A stretch of 64,000 nucleotides of DNA from Phoronis australis (lineage: Eukaryota > Animalia > Phoronida). The translations under genes were made by a program, and so were the position numbers. Below, one piece after another: positions 27,301-39,721 of this stretch. Location of the stretch: NCBI GenBank assembly GCA_002633005.1, contig NMRA01000331.1:225347-289346 (forward strand), written 5' to 3'. Under the pieces are notes generated by a model. It made no database searches, was not told the origin of the DNA, and was given only the letters and a program-made list of their open reading frames with translations. Each line of letters begins with the position of its first letter. Position 1 is the first letter of the stretch.

Positions 27301-28750
27301 ATAGAGCGCTTATTGCAGCGCACAACCTCAATTTTCTGCATGTACAAAACGAGCACAAGCGCCTTTCAATCGGGAGCTTTCATAACGACAGTGGCAGTCT
27401 AGCTACCCTATCGTACAATTTCCTCCTCCAAAATTTACACCCAAGACATAGGCTTTCCCCAAGTTCAAAATCTATGGTGATTTTTTGTGACGAAGCCCAG
27501 TATGGAACTTACTGGTACAAAATCAGACCCTAGTTTACTACCTCTTCTTATAAAGTGACAATCTCACATAACCGCCAGACACTGGGAGGACAGAGGCCAC
27601 AAGTACGTACAGCATATCTTGTCACAGGCAGTGCAAAGACTTGGACGTCAGGGAAATCACACGATATCTCACGGCCATTCTTCCATCACATACAGTTGCC
27701 ACAGAGTTGAAGCATTGTTCTCAAAGGTCACTATGGGAGAGTCAGCAGATTATGCACACAGGTAAGTGTGACTTTGGTTTTAGTAATATACAGGGACATC
27801 GAAGACATCCCAAGTAAGCAAAAGGCTGAAAGATATTCATTAAAACTTTACTACAAAACAGACTATTTACAGTGATATGAAACTGACTTAATCCAACAAG
27901 GATGACAACCCTCAACTTCACAGGATGAAAATACCATCAATATAAAGGCCTTCAATTACTCTATAATGTCTTTTACAGCATTATTTTAAAATAATTTGTC
28001 AAGTACAGAGAACCAATCTTCTTCAGGTTGTTCTTAGTAGACAGCATCCAAGTTATATTGTCCTATGAACATCAGATTTAAAGTCAAAACAACAGGATTC
28101 TATACAATAGTAGAACATTCATTTGGCGCCCTGTTAACAGAAGCAATGCCATGGTACATATTATTTAATGTTCCAAATAGGTTAATTTTCTAGTTCAGCC
28201 CTCACAAGTAACGTCACTATAGTTCTTCCTAAGTGCAGATATCACTGAATCACCAATTGGAAAGACTCTCCAAAGACCCATCTTGAAGCAGTCAGTAGTC
28301 TCGGAGACAAGCCTTGTAACATAAAAACGGTGGCAACTGATGTTTTGTGGCTTATTGTGATATGCAATACTTGTTAGGGCGGACAATATCAACACCTTAA
28401 CACCAACTATACATTCAAGGACAAATGAAACAAATGAAAGTATCTGTGTGTTCGAAACATGTAAATAATTGTTGTCTAACATTTATTAATTAAACCTCAC
28501 AATATACAAGCACTTCCTCATTTTGGATTCAGATAACTGAATAGAAGACACTGCCTAAATTAAGTATTTTTCTCATTTTTGGAGTCCTACCTGACAGCTT
28601 TAACTACATGCCATTGCCAAGAAGTCAATAAGATTACCACTTCAGTATAAAATTACCTCAAGAGTCATATATGAGAAACTCGAGCAAAACGGTGAAAACC
28701 CCCCAGATTTTTGACACACATACTTGGATGAAATGATGAAAAACTTGCAC

Positions 28751-28968
28751 TTACACCAGAAATTTGTGTGGCATTAAAGTCACTTCAAACCATACACTGG
28801 CGTATCATTTAAACCAGAACTTTGTGTGTCATTAAAGTCACACCATACACTGGCGTATAATTTACGCCAGAACTTTGTGTGTCATTAAAGTCACACCATG
28901 CACTGCGTATCATTTACACCAGAACTTTGTGAGTCATTAAAGTCACACCATACACTGGCGTATCATTT
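28751..28968. repeat. ~52-bp minisatellite, 4 copies
   Basis: ccagaactttgtgtgtcattaaagtcacaccatacactggcgtatcattt repeated. Confidence 0.9.
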
Positions 28969-29339
28969 CTCATCACAGGCATATTCACTCTTACATTACG
29001 TTTTTATCCTTCGTTTGAATTGAAATTAGTTAAAATAAATTGACAGTAATTCTTCTGATGACCATAGACCAAAGTACATTGGTAACTGAAACTAACCAAC
29101 CATGATAAGACACTTGATGGACCTGCTCTGAACCAGTAATGACTTCTCAAGCCTAGACTTTTTTCTAGTTTCAGTAAGGAAAAAGATGAGACTGATTTTT
29201 TACAAAAAGTCCTCAAACAAAAAGTTGCAATTGACAGACGGCACAGATTTATTGCTTTTTAAATTTCTGATGACAGAAAAATGAATTTCTGTGACCTCAT
29301 ATTTCATTTTGTCAGACTTTTTTAAGCATTGAATCGTAA

Positions 29340-29430
29340 TTGCAGCCAATTGATATAGGTCAACAACACATTGCAGCCAATAGATATAGGTCAACAACAC
29401 ATTGCAGCCAATAGATATAGGTCAACAACA
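29340..29430. repeat. 31-bp tandem repeat x3 in the SMU1 3' UTR
   Basis: ttgcagccaatagatataggtcaacaacaca repeated, starting a few nt after the stop codon. Confidence 0.85.
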
Positions 29431-29435
29431 AATCC

Positions 29436-29534
29436 CTATGGTTTCCACAGCTTTAACAAACCATCTTCTGCGTATGTGGCCAGCTGATTCTGATGGGGAT
29501 GGTGTGCCATTCCAATAACATCTTTTTCATGCAC
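29436..29534 (-). CDS. SMU1: SMU1 last coding exon
   Basis: [32 protein letters not shown] matches the SMU1 C-terminus; the 11 exons sum to 1446 nt in one frame. Confidence 0.95.
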   Translation of the reverse strand: MHEKDVIGMAHHPHQNQLATYAEDGLLKLWKP

Positions 29535-29857
29535 CTGCAAAGAGGACACAACATTTTGCTCCACGTATTGTACACCTTAACACAGCTCTCCACAACACTT
29601 GACTTTAATTCAAAGTCTTCAACCAAAAGTTAGACAACAGTCACTTACAAGGGTACTGTATTTTGAGAATCAGTTTAAAGAGCGTTATTCAGCGGAGAAA
29701 ACTGGCTCTCAAAATATGGGACCCCTTGTAAAGAACTACTAAGGGCTGTTCCAGCAAAAAATGTATGGGGGGGGACGGGAAGGCACTTTCATTTTGTGCC
29801 CACCACCCATATTTTTCTTTTATTTCTCCAACCCATGACCCATAATTTTTAATTAGA

Positions 29858-30143
29858 TTGAAATATATAACGCAACACTTGCATTGAAATATATAATGCA
29901 ACACTTGCATTGAAATATATAACGCAACACTTGCATTGCAATATATAACGCAACACTTGCATTGAAATATATAATGCAACACTTGCATTGAAATATATAA
30001 CGCAACACTTGCATTGCAATATATAACGCAACACTTGCATTGAAATATATAATGCAACACTTGCATTGCAATATATAACGCAACACTTGCATTGCAATAT
30101 ATAACGCAACACTTGCATTGAAATATATAATGCAACACTTGCA
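29858..30143. repeat. 26-bp minisatellite, ~11 copies
   Basis: ttg(a/c)aatatataa(c/t)gcaacacttgca repeated. Confidence 0.95.
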
Positions 30144-30189
30144 GACAAATTGGCTCTAGGATGACCTGTTAAGTGCTGAGATGATTGAC

Positions 30190-32066
30190 AGACAAGAACT
30201 ATATGTCTTGTAGAATCTTGTCAAAAACTAAAGCGGCCAAGAGGGTGGTCGAAGCAGAACGAAAGTCAACGTCTGTCTGCGCATCCACTCCTGCCATATA
30301 TCTTTGTGCAAAATTTCATCCAGTTTTGCCAAGTGCTTTTTGAGATAATCAACCTGTCTTGTCAAAAACTAAAATGGCCTACAAAGGGTGCTACAGTAGC
30401 CAAATCTGTCCATAAATCAACTGGTGCCGGCGCATACCAGCTATCTATTTCTATGCCAAATGTCATCCTAATCCTTCAAGATAATTGAATGACAAGCAAT
30501 GACTTGAGCAGTCGAAAATTAACAGGGGGTGCCACAGTAATTGAATCTGTCCAAAAAATTGACTGGTGGGGGCACATTTTTGCCATATACCTCGATATCA
30601 AATTTCATTGTGATCCGCCGACTAGTTTTTGAATGGTTTGTTGCCTAAAAATGCCTAACATGGGGTACCACGGTAACCAAATCTGTCCGAAAATGAACTG
30701 GTGCTGGCGCATTCACGCCGATTTCCTCTAAATCAAATTTCATCATGATCCGTCAAAAGGTTCTTGAGATAATTGATGGACAAGAAATGATATTGATAGA
30801 CTGACCGATCAACAGCCACACAAAGGTACCATGACCATCTGAAAACTGGAGGATAGCGTCATCACACTAATAGGTGCCTACATACTAAATTTCATGAAAA
30901 TCCGTTAAGGACTTGTGAAGATACAGAGGTAAACGTAAAAAAATAAAATTGCCACTAGGGGGCACACTGGTAGGTGGATCCGTCCAAAAGTCGTCATCGT
31001 CTGTTGTTAACATAATATAAATACACTTATTAAATTTTGTAAAGATCCTGCAAACGGTTTAGGAGATATATCCATAGGCGCAAAAAAAAACAAAACTGCC
31101 ACTAGGAGGCGCCACAGTAGTCGAAATCGTCGTAAAATCATCGTCAACCATCCTCTACATAGTAAGCATATACATGCCAATTTTCACAATCATCCTTTGA
31201 GCAGTTTGGTTGATAGAGGGGTGGACGCACAAAAAACAGACTCGAAAACACTAAAAATGGCCACTAGGTGGTGCAAACTATGTCGAATCCATCTGAAATC
31301 GGAAGGATAGCGTCATCTCGCTAAGAGGTGCCTACATACCAAATTTCATGAAAATCTGTTCAAGACTTTTGAAGATACAAAGGTAAGCGTAAAAAAATTA
31401 AAATTGCCACTAGGGGGCACACCGGTAGTCGGATCCGTCCAAAAGTCGTCATCTTCCGTTTTTAACATCATATAAATATACTTACACAATTTCGTAAAGA
31501 TCCTGCGAACGGTTTAGGAGATACAGCCATAGGCGCAAAAAAAACAAAACTGCCACTAGGAGGCGCCACAGTAGTCGAAATCGTCGGAAAATCATCGTCA
31601 ACCGTCCTCTACATAGTAAGCATATACATGCCAATTTTCACAATCATCCTTTGAGCGGTTTGGTTGATAGAGGGGTGGACGCACAAAAACAGACTCGAAA
31701 ACACTAAAAATGGCCACTAGGTGGCGCAAACTATGTCGAATCCATCTGAAAACGGCAGGATAGCGTCATCTCACTAATAGGTGCCTACATACCAAATTTC
31801 ATGAAAATCCGTTCAGGACTTTTGAAGATACTAAGGTAAGCGTAAAAAACTAAAATTGCCACTAGGGGGCACACCGGTAGTCGGATCCGTCCGAAAGTTC
31901 GCACATGCCGTCCCATTCATGAATGGAACATATGTGCCAAATTTCATGAACGTATGTCAAAGGGTTTTGGAGATAAAGCAGCGGACGCCAGACGGACGCC
32001 GCCCCGCCGGACGGACGGAGATGACGGCATAATGCGTCCACATATAAATATGTGGGCGCATAAAAA
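30190..32066 (-). mobile_element. DINE-1/HINE-like element with a well-conserved 454-bp higher-order repeat
   Basis: ggatagcgtc recurs at 30851, 31305, 31758; terminal palindrome atgcgtccacatat-aa-atatgtgggcgcat at 32032-32061 after a GGAC tract; left boundary approximate. Confidence 0.75.
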
Positions 32067-32229
32067 CAGGAGTAACAACCGCCATCTTCCATTCTCTAGG
32101 AATTGTGGCCATTTTTAAACTTAAATTCATGATACTCGTAAGGGGCTCACTATTTGTTGAGATGCCAGTTTTAATAGTTTGTCATCAATGCTATCGATGC
32201 CACTGGCACTACTACAGTTCAGAGTTTTT

Positions 32230-33560
32230 ATTTGTTTTCAGAGGTAGTCGACTTGAATGTCTTGAAACTTAAATGACATTCTCTCCTGTGTCTTGGGCGG
32301 GAGCTCAATAGTTGACACAAAGAATTTTTCAGCAAGTTTTTGGCCAATGCCAGTAAAAGTCATTAAATGCATTTGCTATTTCACTTTTGTCCGAAACATC
32401 GTTACCAATTAGAAATTCATTTGCGACAGACTTGGACTTGTTAGGTAAAATGGATTTTATGATTTTTCAGAGAGTTTTTCCGTTAGATTTGTTTTCATTA
32501 GTAACTTGGTCGTAATACTCAGCCTTAGCCCATTTAAGAGCATTGTTTACCTTATTTCTAGCTTTCTTAAAGATAACCCAGTCACATGAATTTCAAGTAC
32601 GCTGAGCTATTCGCTTCAGGTAATCTCTCTCTCTCTTGCGAGGCTATGAGATTATCATTATACCACTTGGGTGTTTTGCCCTTTAATTTCAATTGGATTA
32701 TGGGGGCATGGTTATTAATTACTCCACGGAAATTTTGCGTGAAAATTGCCCAAGTGGCATCGGGGACAACAGCGGTGGTAACGGTGCCCCAATCAATCGC
32801 CTGTAGGTATCTGAGAATGTCTTCGTTATTGAATTATTGAAGGTGCGATATGAACGCTTGGTAATGATACGTGGCGGAAATCTAGGGCGACAAGTCTTAT
32901 ACGCTGTGAATACAAGATTATGACCACTAATCCCAATGTATATACTATCAAACTTAAAAACTTTGTCAAAGTTTTGATACAAGAATGAGATCAAGGCATG
33001 TGGAAGTTTTGTCGGTAACCCTTGTGGGCACCTTAATAATATTCTGCATACCCAACTCTCGTTCCCATGCCTTAATCTTACCCACTGTCTTCTTACACAA
33101 TGCATCCTAATTAAAATCACCAGTAACAACAAAATCTTTGCTAGTGTGAGCTTGATCATGAACAATACTTTTTAAATGCTCAGTCAGTTGTTCTGTGTAC
33201 TCTGCGTTCGCAGACGGTGGTCTTTGATTTAGGGATGCCAATCTCAACCCAAAGCAATTCCAAATGGTCGTCATGGTGCTGCAGCTGACGGCTAATCAGT
33301 GTAGGTGGCAACACCCCCACCTTTCCTGTTACGGTCGTTCCTATTCAATTCAAGGCTGTTGATGGCGATCTCAGAATCATTGATGATACAAGAGAGACGC
33401 GTTTCATTCAAGCAAAGAATATAGATGGGTTTTTCATTCATAATAAAACGCAGTTCATCAATTCGGTCAGTTAGCTACGTTATATTTAGGTGCCCAATAC
33501 GGAGACCTTTGGTGTAGTTTAAATCAGGTACATGGTCACTCAGGAAACTGCCAGAGACCG
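32230..33560 (-). mobile_element. Degenerate CR1/L2-group LINE ORF2 5' part (AP endonuclease region)
   Basis: Disrupted frames read GLRIGHLNIRS, FALNETRL, DRNRKGGGVA, GISGHNLVF, typical of APE endonucleases of non-LTR retrotransposons. Confidence 0.8.
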
Positions 33561-34593
33561 ACGGGGTTAATATTCTCGGTTGTGAACAACGAGTCAATAA
33601 AATTCAAAAATTCAGAGAGCCGGGACATGGTCTGGTTTGAGCCACGTTTCCGTGGTTGCAGCTATATCTACTTTCTGCTCAGGACCGTAAAGAACCTCAA
33701 TGTTATTGGTAGCAGATTCAGTGACTAGGGGGAGTCCCACATTAAAAACCTCATGCTAGTCAATTACATTGTCATAGTGCTCCTCTGGTTGGAAGCATGG
33801 ATAGACACAATGCAAGAAACAATTTAGTTGTCCCAAACACATAGCAGTACCAATGCAGTGAGCTGTCACCTGTTGAGTTGCGCTCTGCTGGATGCTGCAC
33901 CTTGAATAGCAACCAGGAATATCTTTATATGGGAAAGGTACACAGCAGGATACCGGTGTTACAGCAAAAAGTTTCATCGATACTCACAGAGTTCAGCGTC
34001 AAAATACAGTAAAACCACAACACAGTTCCGTTACAGTCCACTCATCAGATCCTTCGACATTGCCGCTTTCGTTGGAACCCAAATAGATATCAATCAGAAC
34101 AATTATGACTTTGCAATTCACTTTGGACACGGAGTGGTTAACAGCACGTCAGAGGTCACAGCGCAACAATCAACATTCAGGCATAGTGTACACATTGCAC
34201 TCTGTACACTAGCAACATCGGCTTGTTTTGTTGTTATTTTTGGGTATCTGTCAATGAATCTTTGGTAAGTTTTGAATTTCTTCAAAAGGGTATTGACGTC
34301 AGTGTTTAGCTGAAAATACCCACCTGTCAACGTTTACAGGACAAAAGAATACCTCCCACTTTTAACGATATACTTCTTCCAAGAAGGACCACCCATAATT
34401 TTAATTCTTTTTGACAGACAACCACCCATAAATTTTATATCAACTACTGCCCCCCCCTCCCATACAGACTTTGCTGGAACAGCCCTAACACAAACTAAAT
34501 CATCTGACAATTGAAATTTTTGGATGAATTTAACACAGTAAACAAAATTTTGGAAAAGAACATTTAAGAAGATATATATCACTCATTACTCAC

Positions 34594-34746
34594 ATTCAGC
34601 GTTCTCTCCAGCTTGCCAGTGCTGGCACTGAAGCAATAGAGCACCATGTCTTCACCTACACAGTAGAACCATTCGCCACGTGGAGACACTGTAGCGCATA
34701 CAAAGTCTCCACCCTCACGCTTACCACTGGTGAAACTTCTCACAAT
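34594..34746 (-). CDS. SMU1: SMU1 exon (WD40)
   Basis: [51 protein letters not shown]; 153 nt, donor GTGAGT. Confidence 0.95.
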
Positions 34747-35266
34747 CTGGCAGAACACAGAAACACAAACAACAATTCAAGTTTGTTGTAAACAATTTAG
34801 TTGATAAACTTTTGAAGCGAAGATTTTCTGTTCATTCTCTTGATCCGTCTAAGCTGACATTTTTTATTGCTGCTGTGACCTTACATTCAGCTAAATGTCC
34901 TCATGACCATGACCTTAAATTCAGCTAAATGTCTTCATGACCATGACCAGTTTTCGTCACTGGGGTAACAATTTGCTTTCTACACCACCCTAGTCACATA
35001 TATATGTCCCCACTTACTGTTTGGAATTAAGTACCTTAAACTACGAAAACTTCTACATTGAACAAACAACAAAATGGTAATACACACAAATAGAAAAAAA
35101 ATCCTCACTATGTACTCAGATAAGTTCCACAATAACCTTAAACTTATTTGTGCCAGGCTTTGAAACTTTGGTGTTCCAAACAGTCACAAAAATGGCTTTC
35201 AAGAGAAATTCACAAACAGACACCAGGTTTAAAAAAAAATGCACTCCTTAAGTCAATTGAAACATT

Positions 35267-35577
35267 TAATACAGAACAGCCAGCAGTATTGAGGGCAAAA
35301 ATAATAATACAAAACAGCCAGCAGTATGGAGGGCAGAAGTTATAATACAGAATAGCCAGCAATATGGAGGGCAGAAGTTATAATACAGAATAGCCAGCAG
35401 TATTGATGGCAGAAGTAATAATACAGAACAGCCAGCAGTATGGAGGGCAGAAGTTATAATACAGAATAGCCAGCAGTATTGATGGCAGAAGTAATAATAC
35501 AGAACAGCCAGCAGTATGGAGGGCAGAAGTTATAATACAGAATAGCCAGCAATATGGAGGGCAGAAGTTATAATACA
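35267..35577. repeat. 38-bp minisatellite, ~8 copies
   Basis: taatacagaatagccagcagtatggagggcagaagtta repeated. Confidence 0.95.
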
Positions 35578-35935
35578 ACTAACAGTTCTCCACAAGTCTG
35601 TGATAACTCCTCACGTGAAAACAAAAACGAGTTGAGAAATCTCCAAGAGTGATCCATTGATGACTTGGAAATTCATGGCACGCCATTATAGATCAACATG
35701 GCAAGTGGATGTATGAGCGCGGTATCATTTATTTCTTATTTCATTTAAGTTTTACGATCTTCTACAACAAGTAAAAAACTTATCAATGAAATGTTGGTTC
35801 AAAAATTCGTTGTTTGTTTAGTCACATATTATACTGATAGGATGTATAGCTGAGCCTGTCAAAGTTGTATTAGTCACATATTATACTGATGGGATGCATA
35901 GCTGAGCCTGTTGTATTAGTGTGGCTAACACCTAC

Positions 35936-36125
35936 CTGGCCTTGCATGTTCATGATGACTACAGTGTTGGACCGGTTACACACCAAGAACTGCTCTGCAT
36001 TACGTGGCAGTGGGTGTATGCTATGCACTGTGATGTCACTTCCTGTCCCACCAAGTGATTTGAATGTGTTCTGACACTCAGTAGTCTTTAAGTTCCATAT
36101 CTTCACCGTCCCATCAGAGCTGGCA
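35936..36125 (-). CDS. SMU1: SMU1 exon (WD40)
   Basis: (S)[26 protein letters not shown]...[15 protein letters not shown]; 190 nt, phase 2 to 0. Confidence 0.95.
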
Positions 36126-37062
36126 CTAAAATTTGTAACAACTCTCTCAACTGACCTTCTAACACAACAGTCAATAACAGCACTAGCAAGTAGGCTAAAT
36201 CTGAAGCAGGATTCAATCACTCTGGATTGACCACTAAATCTAGTGGAAGCAACACCTAAACTCAATGTTTGTAATCTGTGAACAGAAGGAGAGACAAATC
36301 ACCGCAAATAGAATTTGTAAGTGCAGCAAGCAGATTCTGCAATTTGGCGAGAGCATTTAAGGGAACCATATTGCTCATATCCACTGAGCAATTAAGTTAA
36401 CATATTATGTGCTGAGCAACTGAAAAGCCTTTTTGCAATTGTTGATGCTTTTGTTTATTTCAAATAAATGTGCAGAACAAAATCTGATAAACATCATTTA
36501 GTCTGTTTCGACTCATCATGAATGATGACTAATGCAACAAACTGTCATTGATAGAACAGAGTTAGCGATCAAAGTCCACCATAAGAATAAGAAAACTGAA
36601 TTTGCGGATGCATAAATGGAAACAATTACGGTGAAATTGTCTACCAAATGATCAAAAAACAAAACTGAATTTTGAATGAAAAGAACTGCATTTTTTCACT
36701 CTGAGGTCTTTTTAGGTCTCTAGCCTGGGAAGATAAGTGACTCAGCTGTATTGTGGACACCGATAGTCAATCTGACGCAGGGAAAACATTCTTTAGGTGT
36801 TTTCAAGTTTATAGCAAGCTGAACTACTGTTCTGATTACTAAATAATATGTTAAGCAAAATGAACAATTTAAATTTGAACAATTTCTAGACGTTTGACAT
36901 CCCTATTCTAATTCACATTTAGGAGCAATGGTGACCAGCAGAACCAAAGCCTGAATACCGACTGATGCAAGTCTTAATGATTTTCTTGTAAGCTGAAACA
37001 TTGGGACAAGAAATAATAAAATTGATGTATCAATTGCACACAAACTAGCTGCCTGTACAAAC

Positions 37063-37164
37063 CTAATGACGTGATGACCATCAGGAACAAAGACAGCATC
37101 GTTGACAAACGACGTGTGACCTCTGAACTCCTTTAACGTTTTACCAGACTTCAAGCCATGTATT
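37063..37164 (-). CDS. SMU1: SMU1 exon (WD40)
   Basis: (R)[33 protein letters not shown](S); 102 nt, phase 2 to 2. Confidence 0.95.
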
Positions 37165-37990
37165 CTGTAGAACAAACAAAGGGAGCATAGCAAGCAGTGA
37201 CAACAACAGCAAAACTCCCAAAGAGCGCTCTTGTGCAACAAGTTCTGTTTTTAAAAGTAGTTTTAACTACAGTACAAGACAAAAGTAATCAGACAAAACA
37301 CAGTACAAGACAAAAGTAATCAGACAACATACAGTACCAGACAAAAGTAATCAGACAAAATACTGTTGTCCCATTATGATGCCTAATGTTGTTCTATTAA
37401 TTGCATAAACTGCTGGTAATTAACTATTAGATTCTAAATACAGAAGAAATTGGCCACTTTACTAACTTTCCAAACTCCCCTTCATTCTCAGTCATGAGGG
37501 AAGACTACTAGGACAATGAATTTGGCTTCCTCCCAGCCATCATAACGGGAAATTCCAGGTTATTTTGTCTGTTGAGTACTTTCTGCTTGCACTGAACATT
37601 GGAGAAAATTTTTGAATATTAAGTGGACATTGCTATGTCAAATCCCTTGCATGAGTTTGCCCAATACCAAATAGTGACATGTCACTTTCAGCTGTTGTTA
37701 ATACTCTCTTTCTAGTTATATCTTTTACCAAATCCTAAGTATGATTATTGTGAGAATAAGTAAATATAAATTACAACCAAAATTTAAGTGCTTCGGAGTA
37801 ACACTTGGACAATTTGAACGAAAAGAGCACGCTAACTACGATGGCAGCATACCGATGTTCACAACACTGACGACACATATTGCTGTCATGCTAACATAAA
37901 AAACACAGTAAGGCAAATGCCTTATTTCTTTAGATGAATCTGCAATTGAATGTCAACATTACAACATCTTGCGCGACAGGAGGTACAAAC

Positions 37991-38118
37991 CTAATTGTCT
38001 GGTCGAAGGAGGCACTCAACAGTTGACTGTTGTCCTTTGAGAAGTTGATGCAGGTGACTCCTTTGCTGTGAGCTCTCTCAAACCTTCGCAAGCACTGTCC
38101 TGTCTGAATTTTCCACAC
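37991..38118 (-). CDS. SMU1: SMU1 exon (WD40)
   Basis: [42 protein letters not shown](R); 128 nt, phase 0 to 2. Confidence 0.95.
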
Positions 38119-38539
38119 CTGAGAACCCAAACGGAGTTAGCTTACTTACACAGAAGAATTACAGAGGATACAGATTTTGTTTCTACTGACAGGCTATGCA
38201 CATTTAATGTCAACAAGTTACATCTCATTTCTCACATGCAACTCAGCAATCACATAAAAATACAAAAGCCTCAAAAGTTTCAATTTTGACAAAAATGAGA
38301 ACGGACACTTACTTTAAAATTCAATGAATATAAACAGCAGGGTGAATGAGGAATAACGCAGTCATGTTTTTCAACGCTGATTGAACAAATATGCAAGCAA
38401 GGCAACATTATACATCAAAAGACTCTTACTATCCATAAAATGAGTGCACATGAATGACAGCAGTTACAGCAACTGAACGACCAACAGTTACACCGCACCC
38501 CGTTACTAAATTTCTCAACTAGAAGAGACACGACTTAAC

Positions 38540-38635
38540 CTTTATCTTTCCATCTTGGCCACCACTTGCTAACATCTCTGAGTCACGGCTGAATGCCATA
38601 CACAACACTGCGTCCTCCATCATCATGAAGTTCTC
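38540..38635 (-). CDS. SMU1: SMU1 exon (WD40)
   Basis: [32 protein letters not shown]; 96 nt, AG/GT. Confidence 0.95.
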
Positions 38636-38662
38636 CTAAAACACCAGGTACCATGATAGTTT

Positions 38663-38717
38663 TAGTCACTTAGTAGTCACTTAGTAGTCACTTAGTAGTC
38701 ACTTAGTAGTCACTTAG
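38663..38717. repeat. 11-bp tandem repeat x5
   Basis: tagtcacttag repeated just upstream of a SMU1 acceptor. Confidence 0.85.
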
Positions 38718-38931
38718 ACCATTGAACAAAACTCATTAAACTTGATTTGAAATGAGTTACTCAGAGCTTGCCACCAAACCTGTTTGAAAAGTTTTGATGT
38801 TGACTTTCACACTCCATGTGGAAAACAAATCATAATTTTACCAATGTGTTTTCAAGTTGTTTTAGTCTTTCTAATTATCTTTGTTAGTAGAATTCACCTG
38901 ACATTTGTTGAAAACTATACAGAAACTTTAG

Positions 38932-39273
38932 AATATGTATCCACACAATACATTCATGGTGTATGTACAAACTATACAATATGTATCCACACAATACATT
39001 GTGTATGTACAAACTATACAATATGTATCCACACAATACATCGTGCATGTACAAACTATACAATATGTATCCACACAATACATCGTGTATGTACAAACTA
39101 TACAATATGTATCCACACAATACATCGTGAATGTACAAACTATAAAATATGTATCCACACAATACATCGTGTATGTACAAACTATACAATATGTATCCAC
39201 ACAATACATTCATGGTGTATGTATAAACTATACAATATGTATCCACACAATACATTCATGGTGCATGTACAAA
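38932..39273. repeat. 42-bp minisatellite, ~8 copies
   Basis: aatatgtatccacacaatacatcgtgtatgtacaaactatac repeated (some 46-bp variants). Confidence 0.95.
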
Positions 39274-39285
39274 CAGTTCAGGTGC

Positions 39286-39519
39286 TATAAAGCGCCTCCC
39301 ATTCAAAAAGGGACTTTCCCACTCTGTCCCAAACTGAAATGTAATATTTCAGTATAGATAAATATCAACATTTTATCTTAACACTTGGTTCGTAATCGAT
39401 CATGACCACCTCTCGATTACAAACCAAAATGTTGATATTTATCTATATTTTAATATTACATTTCAGTTTGGGACAAAGAGAGAATTCAAAGTCCCTTTTT
39501 GAATAGGAAGCGCTTTATA
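39286..39519. mobile_element. Palindromic MITE (~234 bp)
   Basis: Arms tataaagcgcctcccattcaaaaagggacttt...gtcccaaactgaaatgtaatatt...tagataaatatcaacatttt pair with their reverse complements. Confidence 0.8.
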
Positions 39520-39535
39520 ATAATGGAGTAACTCA

Positions 39536-39721
<186 letters not shown>

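Larger units (their letters stand above)
29743..34485. mobile_element. PIF/Harbinger-type MITE split by nested insertions
   Basis: TIR GGGCTGTTCCAGCAAA / TTTGCTGGAACAGCCC with TAA on both flanks (29740-42, 34486-88); shared acccataatttt motifs in both halves. Confidence 0.6.

Noticed and set aside
29689-30148. Repetitive Cys-rich ORFs and a CRISPR-like look of regular repeats
   Set aside because: Head-to-tail 26-bp minisatellite without unique spacers, in a eukaryotic intron; the ORFs are by-products
34020-34060. CTGATGA on the minus strand (also a TGATGAGTCGAAAC near 36510) as a hammerhead ribozyme core
   Set aside because: No properly placed stem II plus GAAA and no closing stems
38784-39357. 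Overlapping repetitive ORFs on both strands
   Set aside because: Produced by the 42-bp minisatellite inside a SMU1 intron
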